This document shows, one piece after another, positions 9,691-23,122 of a stretch of 64,000 nucleotides of DNA. The DNA lies in contig CAUYUJ010000001.1 of assembly GCA_963575745.1 (NCBI GenBank), forward strand, positions 3,348,001 through 3,412,000. Reading direction: 5' to 3'. Each line of letters starts with the position of its first letter. Position 1 is the stretch's first letter. Source of the DNA: Prorocentrum cordatum (lineage: Eukaryota). The notes under the pieces were generated by a model. It was given only the letters and a program-made list of their open reading frames with translations, was not told the origin of the DNA and ran no database searches. A program made the position numbers and the translations under genes.

Positions 9691-11401
9691 CTTACGTACG
9701 CGGATCCATCCTCCCTTCGTTCCCTCCATGCGGTCCTGTCCATTCTGTCATTCATGATATCGGCTGTGTTCGTTCATTAATTTTCCCCTGCTCTATTGCC
9801 ATGCCATATCATGAAAAGCTGCCTCGCTCAAACCTCAAACCAGGTCCACGAGCCGTGCAACGCGTAAGCGCTCCATGGCACTTTGCAACACGTCGCGATC
9901 CTTGTCATGTTGTCACCCATGAAATATCGCCATTTACTTTGGGAGCCTGTTGCAGATGGGTTGTGTCCGCGGCGAAGGTAACCTTCTCAAACAAAACTTG
10001 CCGATTAAGTCCGAACTCAACTCCTAGAACTGGCGTAAGTCCCCCCACCCTCCTTCGCCATTCCGTGATCTTGGGCATTCCGACTCCCCTCGCTTCGCGG
10101 GGGGCACGTCCGGAACGCGCACAATCTGGGCGTTGGCTGGCTTGCCCCGCTCGTCTGCCGTCCTGGGGGCACCATCGACAGCCTTTTGGGACCTCTGGGG
10201 GGGCTTCTTGGCGCCTCTTGGGGTCCTCTTGGGGTCTCTGGGAGTTGTCTTTTCGGCCCCTGAGGGTCTTTGTGGGAAGAGGCACCCAAAGCCAGTTCGA
10301 TGTCCCTCTCTTGGGCCCCTCTTGGGGCGTCTGGGGTCTCGGGGGCCTGTTGGGCCGTCTTGCGGCCCTCTCGGGTCGTCCTGGGGCCATCTCGGGGGCC
10401 TCTTGGGCGATCTTGGGGCGATCTCGGGGGCCTCTTGAACCGTTGTGGACCCTCAGAAGCCCGAGACTGCGAAAACGCGAAAGTCGTTGAACACCTTTGT
10501 AACATCAACGTTGTTTTGCCTCTGGCGGCCCTCCTGGGTGTCCTCTTGGGGCCCTGTTGAGGCGTCTTGGGGGGACCTTGTCGGCCGTCCTACTCCTCCT
10601 CCTCCTCCTCCTCCTTCATTCTCATCCTCCACCCTCTTCGTGGTCCTCATCCGCCGCTTCCTCCCTCATGCCTGTCCCGTGCATGGCGCTGTTCTATTGC
10701 GCGCGTCTCCTCTCCGCCGAGGCGTCGCCCGACCTACCCTGCGCGCTGCGACCCATGCTGGCCACCTCTCTGCCTGCAGACGACGGTCCAGACACTGCCC
10801 ACGCCATCTGACCAATGCCCGATTCGCCAGTCGCCTCGTGGAGCATGACAGGACTGCGCTCGGTGGGGAGGGGTGGGCAGGAGGTGTGGTGGTGGACTCC
10901 AGGCGTGGTGCGAGCGCGCCTGCCTCGCCTCTCCCCCCACACCTCTCTCCCCCCCCCTCGCCTCCTCTCCCCTCTCCCCTCTCCCCTCGCCTCTCCCTCC
11001 CTCCCTCCCTCCCTCCCTCCCTCCCTCCCTCCCTCCCCTCGCCCCGCTCTTCTGGCCTTTCCTCTGCCATAGGACACGCCTGCGTCGCACCCGCTCCCGC
11101 TGCTTCGCTGTCGGCTCGAAACAGCTGCCAGAAGCGTCGCCGCATCCTCGTCCTCCTGCGTCTCCTTCCTCTCCCCCGCTCTTCGACCTCCTCTTGTTTC
11201 TCGCCCTTTTGTCCTTCCTCCTTTCGCCCACTTCCCCCTGCCCGGCCTTCCGCAGGCCTTCAACGATTCCTTGTCCTCTGATGAAGCGAGAGGTCCCCCT
11301 CTGTTTCTGGCGAAGCAAGGCACGCAAAGGTCGATGCGAAGGCCCGCCGCTATTTGCAATGCGCTGCGCAAGCTGCACAACACACAGCCCGCATCGTCGC
11401 C

Positions 11402-11548
11402 AACACCACCACCACCATCACCATCATCATGATCATGATCATGATCATGATCATGATCATCATCATCATCATCATCACCATCATCATCATCACCATATTC
11501 ACCAACATCACCATCATCATCATCATCATCATCATAACCACCACCCTT

Positions 11549-11630
<82 letters not shown>

Positions 11631-11876
11631 ACGTCATCGTCATAATCATCATCATCACTGCCCGCCCCGCACAGTCATTAGTTTGCGACCTACTGTCTTC
11701 TCGCGTGGCTCCTGACGCTGACCCTCTATTTCCGACAATCGTCGCCCACATCGTGTTCCGAATGATTACCCCTACGCCCACGTCTCAGCCCACGTCTCTG
11801 TGGTGCTGGATCATCGTTTTGAAGAGACAGCGTCCCGCGTTCCTTGCTTCTGGCTGCCACCCCCTCTCGCCCCCAC

Positions 11877-11974
<98 letters not shown>

Positions 11975-12540
11975 CCATCACCATCACCATCATCATCATC
12001 AACATCATCACAACCATCTTCACCAACATCATCAACATACTCATTCCCCCCACCACGCAACGACCTGCCAACACGTTACAACTCTCGTGGCCAAGAACTT
12101 TTGACATAGAAGCCACACTAACACCCCTTCCGTGTGACCATAACAAGACCCAAACAGCAGGATGACAGGAATAACAGGAAGAGATTACAGAAAAGACGGG
12201 AAGGCCGAGGGGCTGGGACGAAGGACAACAAGCTCCCTTGGGTGTTCGGCCTGGTGCAGGCGGCGCAGGGAACAGACGGATGACCCGATGCTCGACCCGC
12301 CAGGCTTCAAAGGATTGTACCAGGTCGTCATCATCGCCGCCACCATCGTCATCGTCATTATCATCATCGTCATTATCCGCAACAACATCAGCATCAACAT
12401 CCGCATCATCATCATCATCATCGTCATCATCATCATTATCAGAATCCCCCTCCTCCTCCTCCTCCTCCTCCTCCTCTTCCTCCCCCTCGTCATCATCATC
12501 GCCATCGCCGTCATCATCACCATCATGGTCACTGTCGTCA
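11402..12540 (+). repeat. (CAT)n microsatellite cluster
   Basis: Tracts at 11402-11657, 11877-12036 and 12326-12540. Confidence 0.95.
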
Positions 12541-13270
12541 TCCCCTTTATCGCCACCCAAGTCGGCACAACCGTCACACGTTTCGTGGCCCCATAAGGAA
12601 CTCTACCGAAAGCCCAGTGCTACCGCCCGCGTGCGCCCTCGCCACCCATTTCGCCACACCACACGCTGTGGCCCTATGGGGGTCCCCGCCGGAAATCCAA
12701 CTGCCACCGCCCGCGTGCCTTCCCGCCACCAATTCCGGCATACCCATCACACGTTTCGGGGCTTCGTTGGGAACTATACCCGAAGTCCCACTGCCACCGC
12801 TCGCGGGCTATCCCGCCACCCATGTCGGCACACCCCTCACACGTTTCGTGGCCCCGTCGGGGTCTTCACCGAAAGTCCCATTGCCACCGCTTGCATGCGT
12901 CGCCGCCACCAAGTCCGGCATATCCATCACACGTTTCGTGGCCCCACAAAGGAACCCCACCAAAGGTCCGCGGCCACCGCCCGCATTCATCCCCGCTACC
13001 CATGTCGGCACACCGCTTACATGTTTCGTGGTCTCATAAGGAAGGTCCCATCGAATGTCCAAATGCCGCCGCCCGCGTGCGTCCCCGCCACCTGTTTTGG
13101 TACGCCGCTCACACGTTTCGTGGCCCCATAAAGAGCTCCACTAGAAGGTCCCCGTGGCGCCGCCCGCGTGCGCCCCCGCCACGGCACACCCCTCGCACAT
13201 GTCGTTGAAACTCTAAGGAACTCCACCGAAGGTCCCACTGCCACCGCCCGCATGCGCTCCCGCCACGCAG
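11783..13270 (+). mobile_element. Diverged family B element (head, CAT microsatellites, array)
   Basis: Degenerate head ctgtggtgctggatcatcgttttgaagagacagcg; array of cacgtttcgtggcccc units at 12560-13270. Confidence 0.55.
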
Positions 13271-13749
13271 TTCGGCGCTCTTTACGTCGCGGCGCGGCAG
13301 AGGCAGTCCGCACGCGCGCTCGGGCAAGCCGGGCGACGGCATTGCGAATTGGTAGGATGCAAGAGGGGAAGGCATGGGAAGAGAGGAGCGGTCGCGGGAG
13401 GAAGGGGAAGAACTAATGCGCTCACGCAGCGGGGTCCGCAACGGGGCGCCATGGGCGGCCTAGCCGGTGCTGCGCCCCTGGCAGCGGGCACGGGACGGCG
13501 TCGCGACCACACCCAACGGCCAGGGCAGCGGCTGCAATGCGGGAGGTCGTCGACCAACAAGCGAAAGAGGTGGGCGCGGGGGCCAGCGGCAAGATCAGGG
13601 TCAGGGTCGCAGCGTGCGCTGGAGCGCGCCCTGCGCTGGCTGCCGCGTGCGCGTCTCGCTGCTGCCGCCGCCCATTCTTGACTGTTCTCGCACGCGTTTT
13701 TCCGGATGATTCTCACATACCACACTGTTCTTGACAGTTCTCACATGGT

Positions 13750-16700
13750 GTACAAGAACAATATGCGACAGAACATGTGGCGGAAATGTGGCAGAAGTGT
13801 GACAATTTCCATGGACAATTCGTCGGTCTATCGTTTCGCCGGGCGTCCTGTGGTCCTCCTTCCGAAAAGGGCCCCTCTTCAGCGCAAGGCTCCCCCAGCC
13901 TGTGCACTCCTGCAGCTTTTGAAGGAGTCTGCTCTTGCGCTCCTCCTGCGCCTGCAGCCACGTTGAAATCCGAACCTCTCGTGCTAATTACTGCTCAGCG
14001 CGATACGTTGCTCGCTTGATCCAATCAGCGTAAAACTCGTCTGGCGCCCTGGCCGCGCCAACGATCTTTCTGAGCAATTTTCGCATGGCCACATTGGGCT
14101 TCTTACGGGGGGCCAGCGGCAGCGGAGCCGAAACACGTCCCAAGTGGCACGGGCGGGCTGAGCTGAGGGCAGTGGCCGCAGTGGCGGAGCGGGGGGGAGA
14201 TCCCCCGGCACACCAGTGGGAGGCGGCGCTGCCTGCGGCGGGGGCGCACCGCGCGTCCGCCAGGCAAGCTGGGGCTGCGGAGCAAGGGGCTGGGCGGCGG
14301 TAGCCCGAAGCTGCATGGCTACAAGGGTGGGGGCAGGGCGGCCACGATGCCCAGGCGGCAGCGCGCGGGTCAGCAGCAGCGGGGGGCACTCGCAGAACCA
14401 CCGGCGAGCGGGGAGGGCGGGGGGCAGCGGGGCCAGGCCCAGGACGGTGCACACATCGCGGCCGAGGGCAGGCGGCGCCGTGCTCAAGTGGGGGCAGGGC
14501 GAAGGCTCCTGGCAGCGAAGCTGCCGGGAAGCAAAATGGGGGTGCGGCGCCGGGGCGCAAGCACCCATGGCAGCCGGGTGCCCTCCTGCACACACCGCGG
14601 GCCAGTCGGCGCAAGGGCATGGCTGACCCTTGGGGCGCGCAGAGCCTGTGTCGGCGGCGTGTGCGCCAAGTGGGAGCCAGGCGGCAGCAGCTTCCTTGCA
14701 GGTGGAGGGAAGCGGCGCAGCCGAGCTCAGAGTGAAAGAGAAGCACCTAACAGGTGCACGAGCAACTGTGCCAGCAGCGGAGCCGCGAGAGGGTAGTGCC
14801 ACGGGGGAGATGCGCGCAACACCTGGGGTGGGTGGTACGCCCCAGGGGGGGGATAGGGGAAGGCGCGCCACCTGGGGTACATGGCGCGCCCCCCAACAGT
14901 GGAGGAAAAGGGACACCCACACGGTACACGCGCAAGTGGGCGCAAAGGCGCAAGCCAGGGCGGCCGGCCTGTCGTGGAGAGGAGGCGCGCCACCTGGGTT
15001 AGATGGCGCGCCCCAAAGAAGAGGAAGGAAGGGGGCGCGCCACCTGGGTTGGATGGCGCGCCGAACAAGAACAGCACCTGATTTCATTTCGGCACACCCT
15101 TCAGACGTTTCGTGGCCCCATGGGGAGCTACACCAAAAGGTCCGAGGGGCGCCGCCCGCGTGCGCCCCCGCCACTAATTTCGGTGCATCCCCGACGCGTT
15201 TTGTGACCCGATGGGGAGCTGCACTGAAGGTCCCCGTGGCGCCGCCCCCATGCGTCCACGCCACCCATTTCGGCACACCCGTCACACTTTCGAGGCCCCA
15301 TAGGGAGCTCCACGGATGATCCCCGTGGCGGTGTTCGCATGTGCCCCCCCCGATCCATTTCGGCTCCCCCTCACACGTTTCGTGTCCCGATAGGGAGCGC
15401 CACCGAAAACACTCACAACTGCAATACTCACAATTGCGTATGGTTGGGTCCTTCGCCGGGCTAATTGTGTCAGCGATCCGTTGCGATTTATTTGGGCAGC
15501 GCGCTGCGAAACAGACGCGCGAATTCGGTATCGAGGACTGCTTTGCCCCATGCGTCAGAGGTGGGCGAAAGATCGCGGAGCGGCGACACGGCTGCACGAA
15601 CTGAGCGGCTGCATGCGGACAAACGCCGCCATCGCACCTCATGGGAAGCGTGTTGCGCGAGGCGTGGTCCACGTCAAACTAGGCATGGTACATCACGAGG
15701 TCGATGTGGGCCGCTGTGGGGCAGCACTCTTGGCTGCGGGGGTGATCAGTGGCCATGAGGGCGACAAGGGTGGTGTGCCGCACGGGCTACAAGTGATCAG
15801 AAAAGCCTCTGACGTCAGCCGTAGCCGCGAATCACAGCACCAAAGCGCCTCGGCGGGAAACGTCTACACATAAATGTAAAGGTCATGCTCAGAAAACGCA
15901 AGACAACATCGGGCTGACTTGCGAAACGGCAGCTGTGCATCTTACAGAACAAAGCAATCGACCTGTGATTCCATGTTGTGCAAGCCTGAACCAAGGGTGC
16001 TCGTTCGTATGGCCAATCCGATGCAAATGGGCACGCTCCTGGGCACAATGCCGCCATCACTTCATTAGTACCTGTTCCCCCGGACTCAGACTCTTCGTGC
16101 AAATTTGCACGCTTACCGCACTACCTGCGGCCGGCCTCGCCCTTTTGCTCGCTGGCCCCCGCTACGCGCGAGCTCCTGCTCGATACGCCTTGCACGGCGC
16201 TAAGGCGGCATAGGCGGCGCGCGCCGCGCTGTCAGGAGGCTCTGCGACAGCCGCCCCCCGCCCCCCCCCCGAACTGAAGAACCCCGCCCCCGCGTCGGGC
16301 CCTCCCCGCGCCCTCCTCGGGGCCGATGTTCGCTGTGTGAAAACGGGTTCGCTAAAAGGGGCCCTCTTCTTCACCGCCCATGTAGGTCACCCCCATGACC
16401 GCCTGCCCGAGGGCAGCCTGGTCGTGCGATGTGTCCGGCAGCTTGTCTGCGAGGCAAGCGAAACAGCTCATTGGCATCGCGCCTCGCTGGACAGCAGGAT
16501 CTGCGATGACAGCTCCGTCAGTGCGCCCTCCGCCTGCTGGACCATGTCTTTGCCATCCTGGATCCTTGCAGTCCTTTCGTTGGCCCGTCTGCGCCGCGCC
16601 GCGTAGACCGTGACACGCTGCGGCAACACGCCGGTAAGGCTGCAAAGCCACCGAAGTTCGGCCGTGATGCGCATCTCAGCACAACGGTCCACGGTATTGC

Positions 16701-17200
16701 CGCAGTGGGACTCCCGGACCAGACGGACCGACTTCAGGACCAATGCGGTGCTGACGGTGATCTTCCCGTCGACGTAATCTCGCACTCCTGTTTTCCCCTT
16801 GGTACCAAGCACTGCCTTCTCTCCGCCAAGATGCCGCAAAACATTTGATAAGTGTAGATGCGCCATCTCCCCCGACCGCAGCAGCCCGCGGAGACCTTCC
16901 ACGAGAGTAGCGGCTAGTTCTGGGCGCCGAGGCAAACATGCTACCCCTGCCGTGCCTTTGACCATCCGGCCGCTGAGCGGGAGAGCTCGTGTACGAAGCG
17001 CAGTCTTGCGCCAATTTCGGAACTAGTTCTCTGACTTTGACACCTTGTTCCCAACATGGAATAAACAACTGCGATGAACCGCTGAGCGTGTCGGCCACGG
17101 CTCCCCCTGACATCTCGTCCTACCATACCTGATTGACGAATTCTGCAACTTGGTAGCCGAAATCTTGTGAATTCTTCCACTGTGGTCGGAACATGCCACC
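13750..17200 (-). pseudogene. Decayed non-LTR retrotransposon (APE endonuclease - reverse transcriptase - C-terminus), interrupted by repeats
   Basis: Ordered degenerate motifs read across stops and frameshifts: GKTGVRDYV..RITAELRW (APE end), GTGTNEVMAAL, NHRSIALFCKM, DVRGFSDHL, TLPMRCDGGV (RT), MRKLLRKIVGAARAPDEFYADWIKRAT (post-RT). Confidence 0.55.
15080..15466 (+). mobile_element. 3' part of a family B element (array plus tail)
   Basis: Four diverged array units, then actcacaattgcgtATGGTTGGG (15440-15448) ccttcgccgggctaatt. Confidence 0.55.
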
Positions 17201-18027
17201 ACTCAAGTGCGCGCGCGCATGCCGGGTTGCTCAGACCGCTTCCAGAAGCTCTCCTTGCGCGTCGCCCACCCCGCCTTGGGATACCATGGAACAGCGATGT
17301 GGGAACAGGAAGGGGTACCTCTTTACATGGGGAGTGGGACCATGCCGGAAGAGCTCCGATTTTGAGTGGTCAGGGTCGCACTGAATGTTCGCAACGGCAC
17401 GAAGGCGGGCATCGATGTGTACCGAGAGAGCCCTGCGGAGTCTCAGCGTCAAAAGAGAGACGGCCTTCATGGCGCCGTACCCAGCACATACACCTTTGTC
17501 GTGCTCAGTCGCAGACAGAATCTGACTCTGCGACCACGCTCAACATGATGCTCGGCGTTGGTGCCGTAGTCTGCTGCAGCCTCAGTGCTGGACCTGCTTG
17601 CGGCGTCGACCTGGATAAGTAAGATCTCGGCGATGGGCCCAGAATCGGGCCTCAGCTCAGAGCAAGATGATCTCCGCGTCGCCCGCACCCGAAATCCTCA
17701 AATCTGACTCCATCCTCACGGACACATGACAATTCCGAGTCCAGTCTGGCCGTGGCGACAAGAAGCCTCCTCAGGAGCCAGGGAAATTATAAGTAGGCAG
17801 GTACACCACCTCATCACTGGGGCTGTGGGGCATCTTTCTTCCATCTTCTTACCTTCAATTTCGCCTTCTTCGACTTTCAGCCCAGCAACTTGCGCTGCCG
17901 CTGAAGTACATCTCCGCCCTTGCCCCCTGCACTCTCCCTCTGGTGCCATCTGACCCTGCTGAACACGACCGCCACCCTCCTCATCATCCCCGCGTCCTGC
18001 TCCACGCTGGTTCCACCCGTTGTTTTT

Positions 18028-19841
18028 CCCAACCATCCTGTGGTGTTGGGTCCTCGTTTTGAAGAGTCGGTCCCCGCGTCTCCTCCGCCCCTCTTCCTCC
18101 TCCTCCTCCTCCTCCTCCTCCTCCTCCTCCCCCTCCCCCTCCTCCTCCTCCTCCTCCTCCTCCTCCTCCTCCTCCTCCTCCTCCTCCTCCATCGCCATTC
18201 TTTTTGCTTATCAATAACTTCTCCTTGCCGCACCCCGAGGCCAGTTTTTAGGGCGAACTGGGCGTTTCGCCTGAGACTTCCTCACCATTTATGACCCTGC
18301 AGCTTAACACAGGACGACCGTTTCGCAGGTGAAGGGCGAGTCGTTTTCAAAATGTGACTCTCGCCTTGGCGCCGCGCGCATTCGTTTTAAACATTTGCAA
18401 TCATTTCAAAGGTTGAGGGCGACTGGTTCCACATGTGCAAGGGTCTCACAGGTTCCCATGCTCAGCGTACCAGGAATTGTGTTTGGAAGGATTCAGGACT
18501 ATGAGGGTGGAACAGTTACATTGATTCGCGGTGTTGAAATCCCAGGAATGGCGTGCTGGCATGATTCAGGATCGTCAAGACGCCGCACTCACGTTGATCA
18601 GTGGCGTTGAAATCCCGAGAACAATGTTTTGGCATGCTTCAGGGTCTTCAAACGGCTGTCTTCCCACGATGCAATTCCCTCAGTGGAGATGGCCCGTTGT
18701 AGGGGCTTATGAGGAGGGAGCTTGTAGGGAGGGTTTATTCCAACATCGTTGATGGCTCTTGGGTTCACACTGGTCCTCCTCCTCCTCCTCCTCCTCTTCC
18801 GCCCTCCTCCCGTCTCCCCCTCACTTTGGCACCTCTTTCACACGTTTCGTGGCCCCGTATGGAGCTCCACCCACGGCCTCAGTGGCTGCGGTCGACTGCC
18901 GCCACCCCACACCTCGCACACGTTTCGTGGCCCCACAAGGGGCTAGGACCCAATGGCTGCGTTCGCATGCCGCCAACCCCCACTTCGGCACACCCCTCAC
19001 ACGTTTCGTGGCCCCATAGGGGCCTCCACCGAAGGCCACATTGGCTGCGATCGCATGCAGCCACCCCCTTCACTTTGGCACGCCCCGCACACGCTTCGTG
19101 GCCCCATAGGGACCTCCACCGAAGGCCCCAGTGGCTGCGCTCGTACGGTATGCCGCCACCCCCCTCACGTTGGCACACCCCTCACACTTACGTGGCCCCA
19201 CATGGTGCTCGACCGGAGCTCCAGTGGCGGTGTCTGCATTTCTTCCCCCATCGAGTACAGCGTTTCGTGGCCCCATAGGGAGCTCCACCAAAGGCCCCAG
19301 TGGCGGTGTCCGCTTGTTGCCCCACCCAGTGCAGAACTTCGTGGCCCCATAAAGAGATCCACCGAAGCCCCCAATGGCGGTGTCCGCGTGCTATTCCCCC
19401 ACCCAGTACAACGTTTCGTGGCCGCCCCATAGGGAGCTCCACCGAGGGTCTCAGTGGCGGTGTTCGCGTGCGTTCCCCCCACCACCCAGTACAGCGCTTC
19501 GTGGCCCAATACGGACCTCCACCGAAGGCCTCAGTCGCGGTGTTCGCATGCGTCTCCCCCGCCCAGCACAGCGCTTCGTGGCCCCATTGGGAGCTCCACC
19601 GAAGGCCCCATTGGCTGCGCACGCATGCGTCCCCGCACCATGTCGGCACACCCACCACACGTTTCGTGGTCCCATATGGAGCGCCACCGGAGGCCCCAAT
19701 GGCTGCGCCCGCATGCGTGCCCGCCCCCTAGCGGCACACCCTTTACACGCTTCGTGGTCCCATAAAGCGATCCACCGACGGCGATGCCCACACCAGCGAT
19801 ACCCACAAGTGCAGATGGTTGGGCTCTTCGCCAAGATAATT
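18028..19841 (+). mobile_element. Helentron-like element, family B (head - CCT microsatellite - 77-bp array - tail)
   Basis: 5' CCCAACCATC after a T run; perfect complement GATGGTTGGG at 19814-19823; hairpin TCTT-CGCC-AAGA; ends TAATT. Confidence 0.7.
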
Positions 19842-19998
19842 CTTGGTGGGCACGTTCATCCAACGCGAAGAACTCAACACTGCGTCCTGCCCTCTCACTC
19901 TCCGTCTGATCTACGTATCCTCCTCGTTCTTACTTTTCCTTCTCCTCCGAGCTTCTGCTCCCTCGTCTCATCCTGGCCCTTTGGCTATCTAACATAAA

Positions 19999-21064
19999 TC
20001 CCACCAGCCCTCTGGGCGTAGGTGGTTGAGGGAGTTTCCTCTTCCAACCTCCTTCGTCCCCTTCGGGGGGGGGGGTACCCCTCCCCCTACCCCCTCCCCT
20101 GGACCTGGACGGGGGGTTTCGCGACGCGTTGGAGCGTCCAAACGGCCTCGGCGAGGAAGCCAACATCATTGGGTTTACTAGGGTTTTGGCCCATTTTGGC
20201 CTCCTGAGGGGGGGAGGCAAATTTAGCCCCCCCCTCCTGTGATCGATCTCCTCCAAGATGGCCCCAAGGGGCGCCCAGGAGGCCCCAAGAGGCCCCGAGA
20301 TGGCCCCAAGATGGCCCCACGAAGCCCCCAAGAGGCCCCCAGGATGCCCCCCAGAGGCTCCCAAGAGACCCCCTGGAGGCCACCCAGAGGCACCCAAGAC
20401 GCTCCAAGAGGCCTCGGCGAGAATGCCACAATCATTGATTTTATTTAGGTTTTGGCCACATTTTGGCCTCCTGGGGCGGGGCACTGCTTCAGATGACTCC
20501 GAGAGCGCCTGGGGGAGCCCAAGATGACCTCCAAGATGGCTCAAAATATCCCAAGATGCCTCAAGATGGCTCCCACGATGTTCCAAGAGGCCCCAAGACC
20601 GCTCCAAGACGGCTCCAAGTGGCCAAAGAGCTCCCCGAGGAGGACCCGAAGAGGCCCCAATCCTTCCAACACCTTAGGACAATCAATGTTTTTGGCTTTC
20701 TCGCCTTTTCGCTTCCGATGGCCATCCGAGGCTTCAAGATGTCTCCAAGAAGGCCCAAGACGGCTCCACGAGCGCTCCAAAGGATCCCAAGAGCGCTTCA
20801 AGAGGGCCCCAAGAGGCTCCCAGGAGGCCCCAGTAGGCCCCAACTGGCGCCCAAGAGGCCTCCGATATGCTCCCAAGAGACCCCCAAGAGGCCCCACGCA
20901 ACTCTCCGAGGCACCCAAGACGCTCTAAGAGGCGTCCGGGATCGCCAAGAGGCCCCCAAGGCGCTCCAAGAAGTCTCCACTGGGGGACCCTTCCTCTGCG
21001 TGCTGCCCACTTCCCTGATCGAGGCAATTCCTCTGGGTATCGTTTCTGGATGGGCGTCTAGAAT
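19999..21064 (+). mobile_element. Helentron-like element, family C
   Basis: 5' TCCCACCAGCCCT shared with 43921. The 3' end atcgtttctggatgggcgtctagaatt matches 45733-45778 with the inverted repeat deleted. Confidence 0.55.
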
Positions 21065-21611
21065 TACTTCGTGGTGTACGTCCGAGCTGCAACAATGAAG
21101 AATGCTCTGGCCTCGCCTACCCGTGCGGATCCCACATGCCTTCTTTCACACTTCCCCCGATCAATGGCCTTTGACGCCCGCAAACACTCTGATCGCTCCT
21201 CTTTCTCCTTCTCCTCCTTTGGAGGCTCTGTGCTGATTTCGCGCCCGGTGGCGCGGGCCCCTTTCACGCGAACGCGCGCAAGTTGGGAGCCTTGAAGGTG
21301 GCGCCGTTCGAAGTAAGCCCCCCTACCTGTGAAGCAGCAGCACCAGACGTAACCCGTGGTGGAGCGAGTGCGCATGGGGCATGACAATCCGATGTCGATG
21401 CAAGCGGTGATGAAGAAGGGACGCCAACAGAGTAGGTCAGTGAAAAGGGGGGGGGCCTGGCGGGAACGGGACAACGGGAGGGAGAGGAGATGGGGAGCGG
21501 AACGTGAGGCAGAAGGTGGGGACGGGGAAGGGTGGGGAGAATAACGTCGGTGGAGGTACGGGAAGGGGGCGGGAGAGGGAAATCCAAGTGTAGATCGGGA
21601 CGGGAGAATTA

Positions 21612-21786
21612 CAGTCGGGGCGGTGACCTAAGGAACCCTAACTAAGGAACGAGGCCCCGTTTTTCCATGACTTAAACTTCGATCCCCTTCGAACACCCAA
21701 GGAAAACGCGGGGCAAACTGTGAAACTATGAAGGAACGCGGAGCCCCTACCCAACGAAAAGGGTTCCTTCTTCAGGGCCCCGACTG
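21612..21786. mobile_element. 175-bp Tc1/mariner-type MITE
   Basis: TIR CAGTCGGGGC..AAGGAACCC at both ends, flanked by TA at 21610-21611 and 21787-21788. Confidence 0.85.
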
Positions 21787-22599
21787 TAAGGGAGAGGCGC
21801 GGCGGATAGGAGGATGCGGCATGGGAAAAGGCGAGATGAATGGCCGAGGATGGAAGGCGGGGGGGCGGGACGGGGTTGAGGGTGAGGATGCGTGAGGAGA
21901 AAGGATACCCCTACAGGTCCACCCGCCCAACACGATCCCCCTTGGCCCCTCTCTCCATTGCCTCTCCCCCACCTTTCCCATCATCCTTTCTACCCTCATC
22001 CCGTCCTCCCCCCCTCCCCCTCCCGCCCTCTCCCCTTGCCCATGGCCGCTTCCCGCCCCCCACTCCCCACTACCGCTACAAGCACGAGGAGCCCGTGCGA
22101 GTAGCATTACAGTCCAGTTCCCCACTCGGCCGCAGCCGACGGTGTGCACCCACACGCGCGCAAGGAAGGAACGCACGCGTGCCTTCACCCCCCCTTTGTC
22201 GTTCTTGGCGGTCGTGGGCTTGTAACCACCGTAACCAACGAGCCTGCTGTTGTAGTTCTCTGTCATCAAATGCTTCTCGATTGACCTCGCCAGCAATGAA
22301 GCATACGTTGCACTGCTGGCTTCTCAATTGGCGTCGCGACAGAACATCGGTTCGAAATATACTCGTTGCACCCATGCACATTTACAACTTTCTGTATGCC
22401 CCTCTGCCGTTCACAAAACGTGCCACTGTGCCGCGAAGCCCCTCAAATCCCTTCGGGTGGGTACTGTAGATGCTCATCAGGGGCCCCAGGCCCCCCACTC
22501 CAAGAACTCTTGGGCGCTCCTGCGGCTTGTCGCATGGCTTTTCCCGAGGCCTCTCGGGGGGTGACCGGGGGGCCAAACTTCCAGCATGCCCAAACCTCG

Positions 22600-22730
22600 C
22601 CATCGCTCGGACGTCCATTCCCTGTGCTTTTTCCGGTTTCGTGCGTGGATTTTTCGCCAAATGATCAAGGATGCTCCTCGATGGTCCTCGCCGTTGGAAA
22701 AATGCACACGCCCTAGCGCTGCCAAGGAGC
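22600..22730 (+). repeat. Dispersed repeat, second copy at ~33651-33780
   Basis: ccatcgctcggacgtcca..ttccggtttcgtgcgtgg..ggatgctcctc is shared by both. Confidence 0.85.
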
Positions 22731-23122
22731 ACGGTCCCTGGGAGCAGCTTGAGCGGGTTTCGGGAGGCGTGGGGCCAGCTGGAGAGGCCCACATGCGATT
22801 GTCGCACGTCACCTCTTCGGTACTCGAAGTACCCAGAAGAGGCTCCTCCTCCTCCTCCTCCTCCTCCTCCTCCTCCTCCTCCTCCCCATTGGTTTCCTCG
22901 TGGTCCTCAAGAGAAGCCCCAGGACCCCGAGAGGCCCCCAAGAGGCCTCCTCTTTCACCTCCTTCCCTGAGTGTCCTCCCCCAAATGGGGTTCCACCGCG
23001 TCGTTCCAACAGGCAGCGGGCGGCGGTGGATCACCGAAGGCGTCTTCGACCTGTGTGGAATGGTCCAAATCGTGTAGAATTCGGAGCGCCAGACACCCTG
23101 GAACATGAAGGGACAACAAGGC

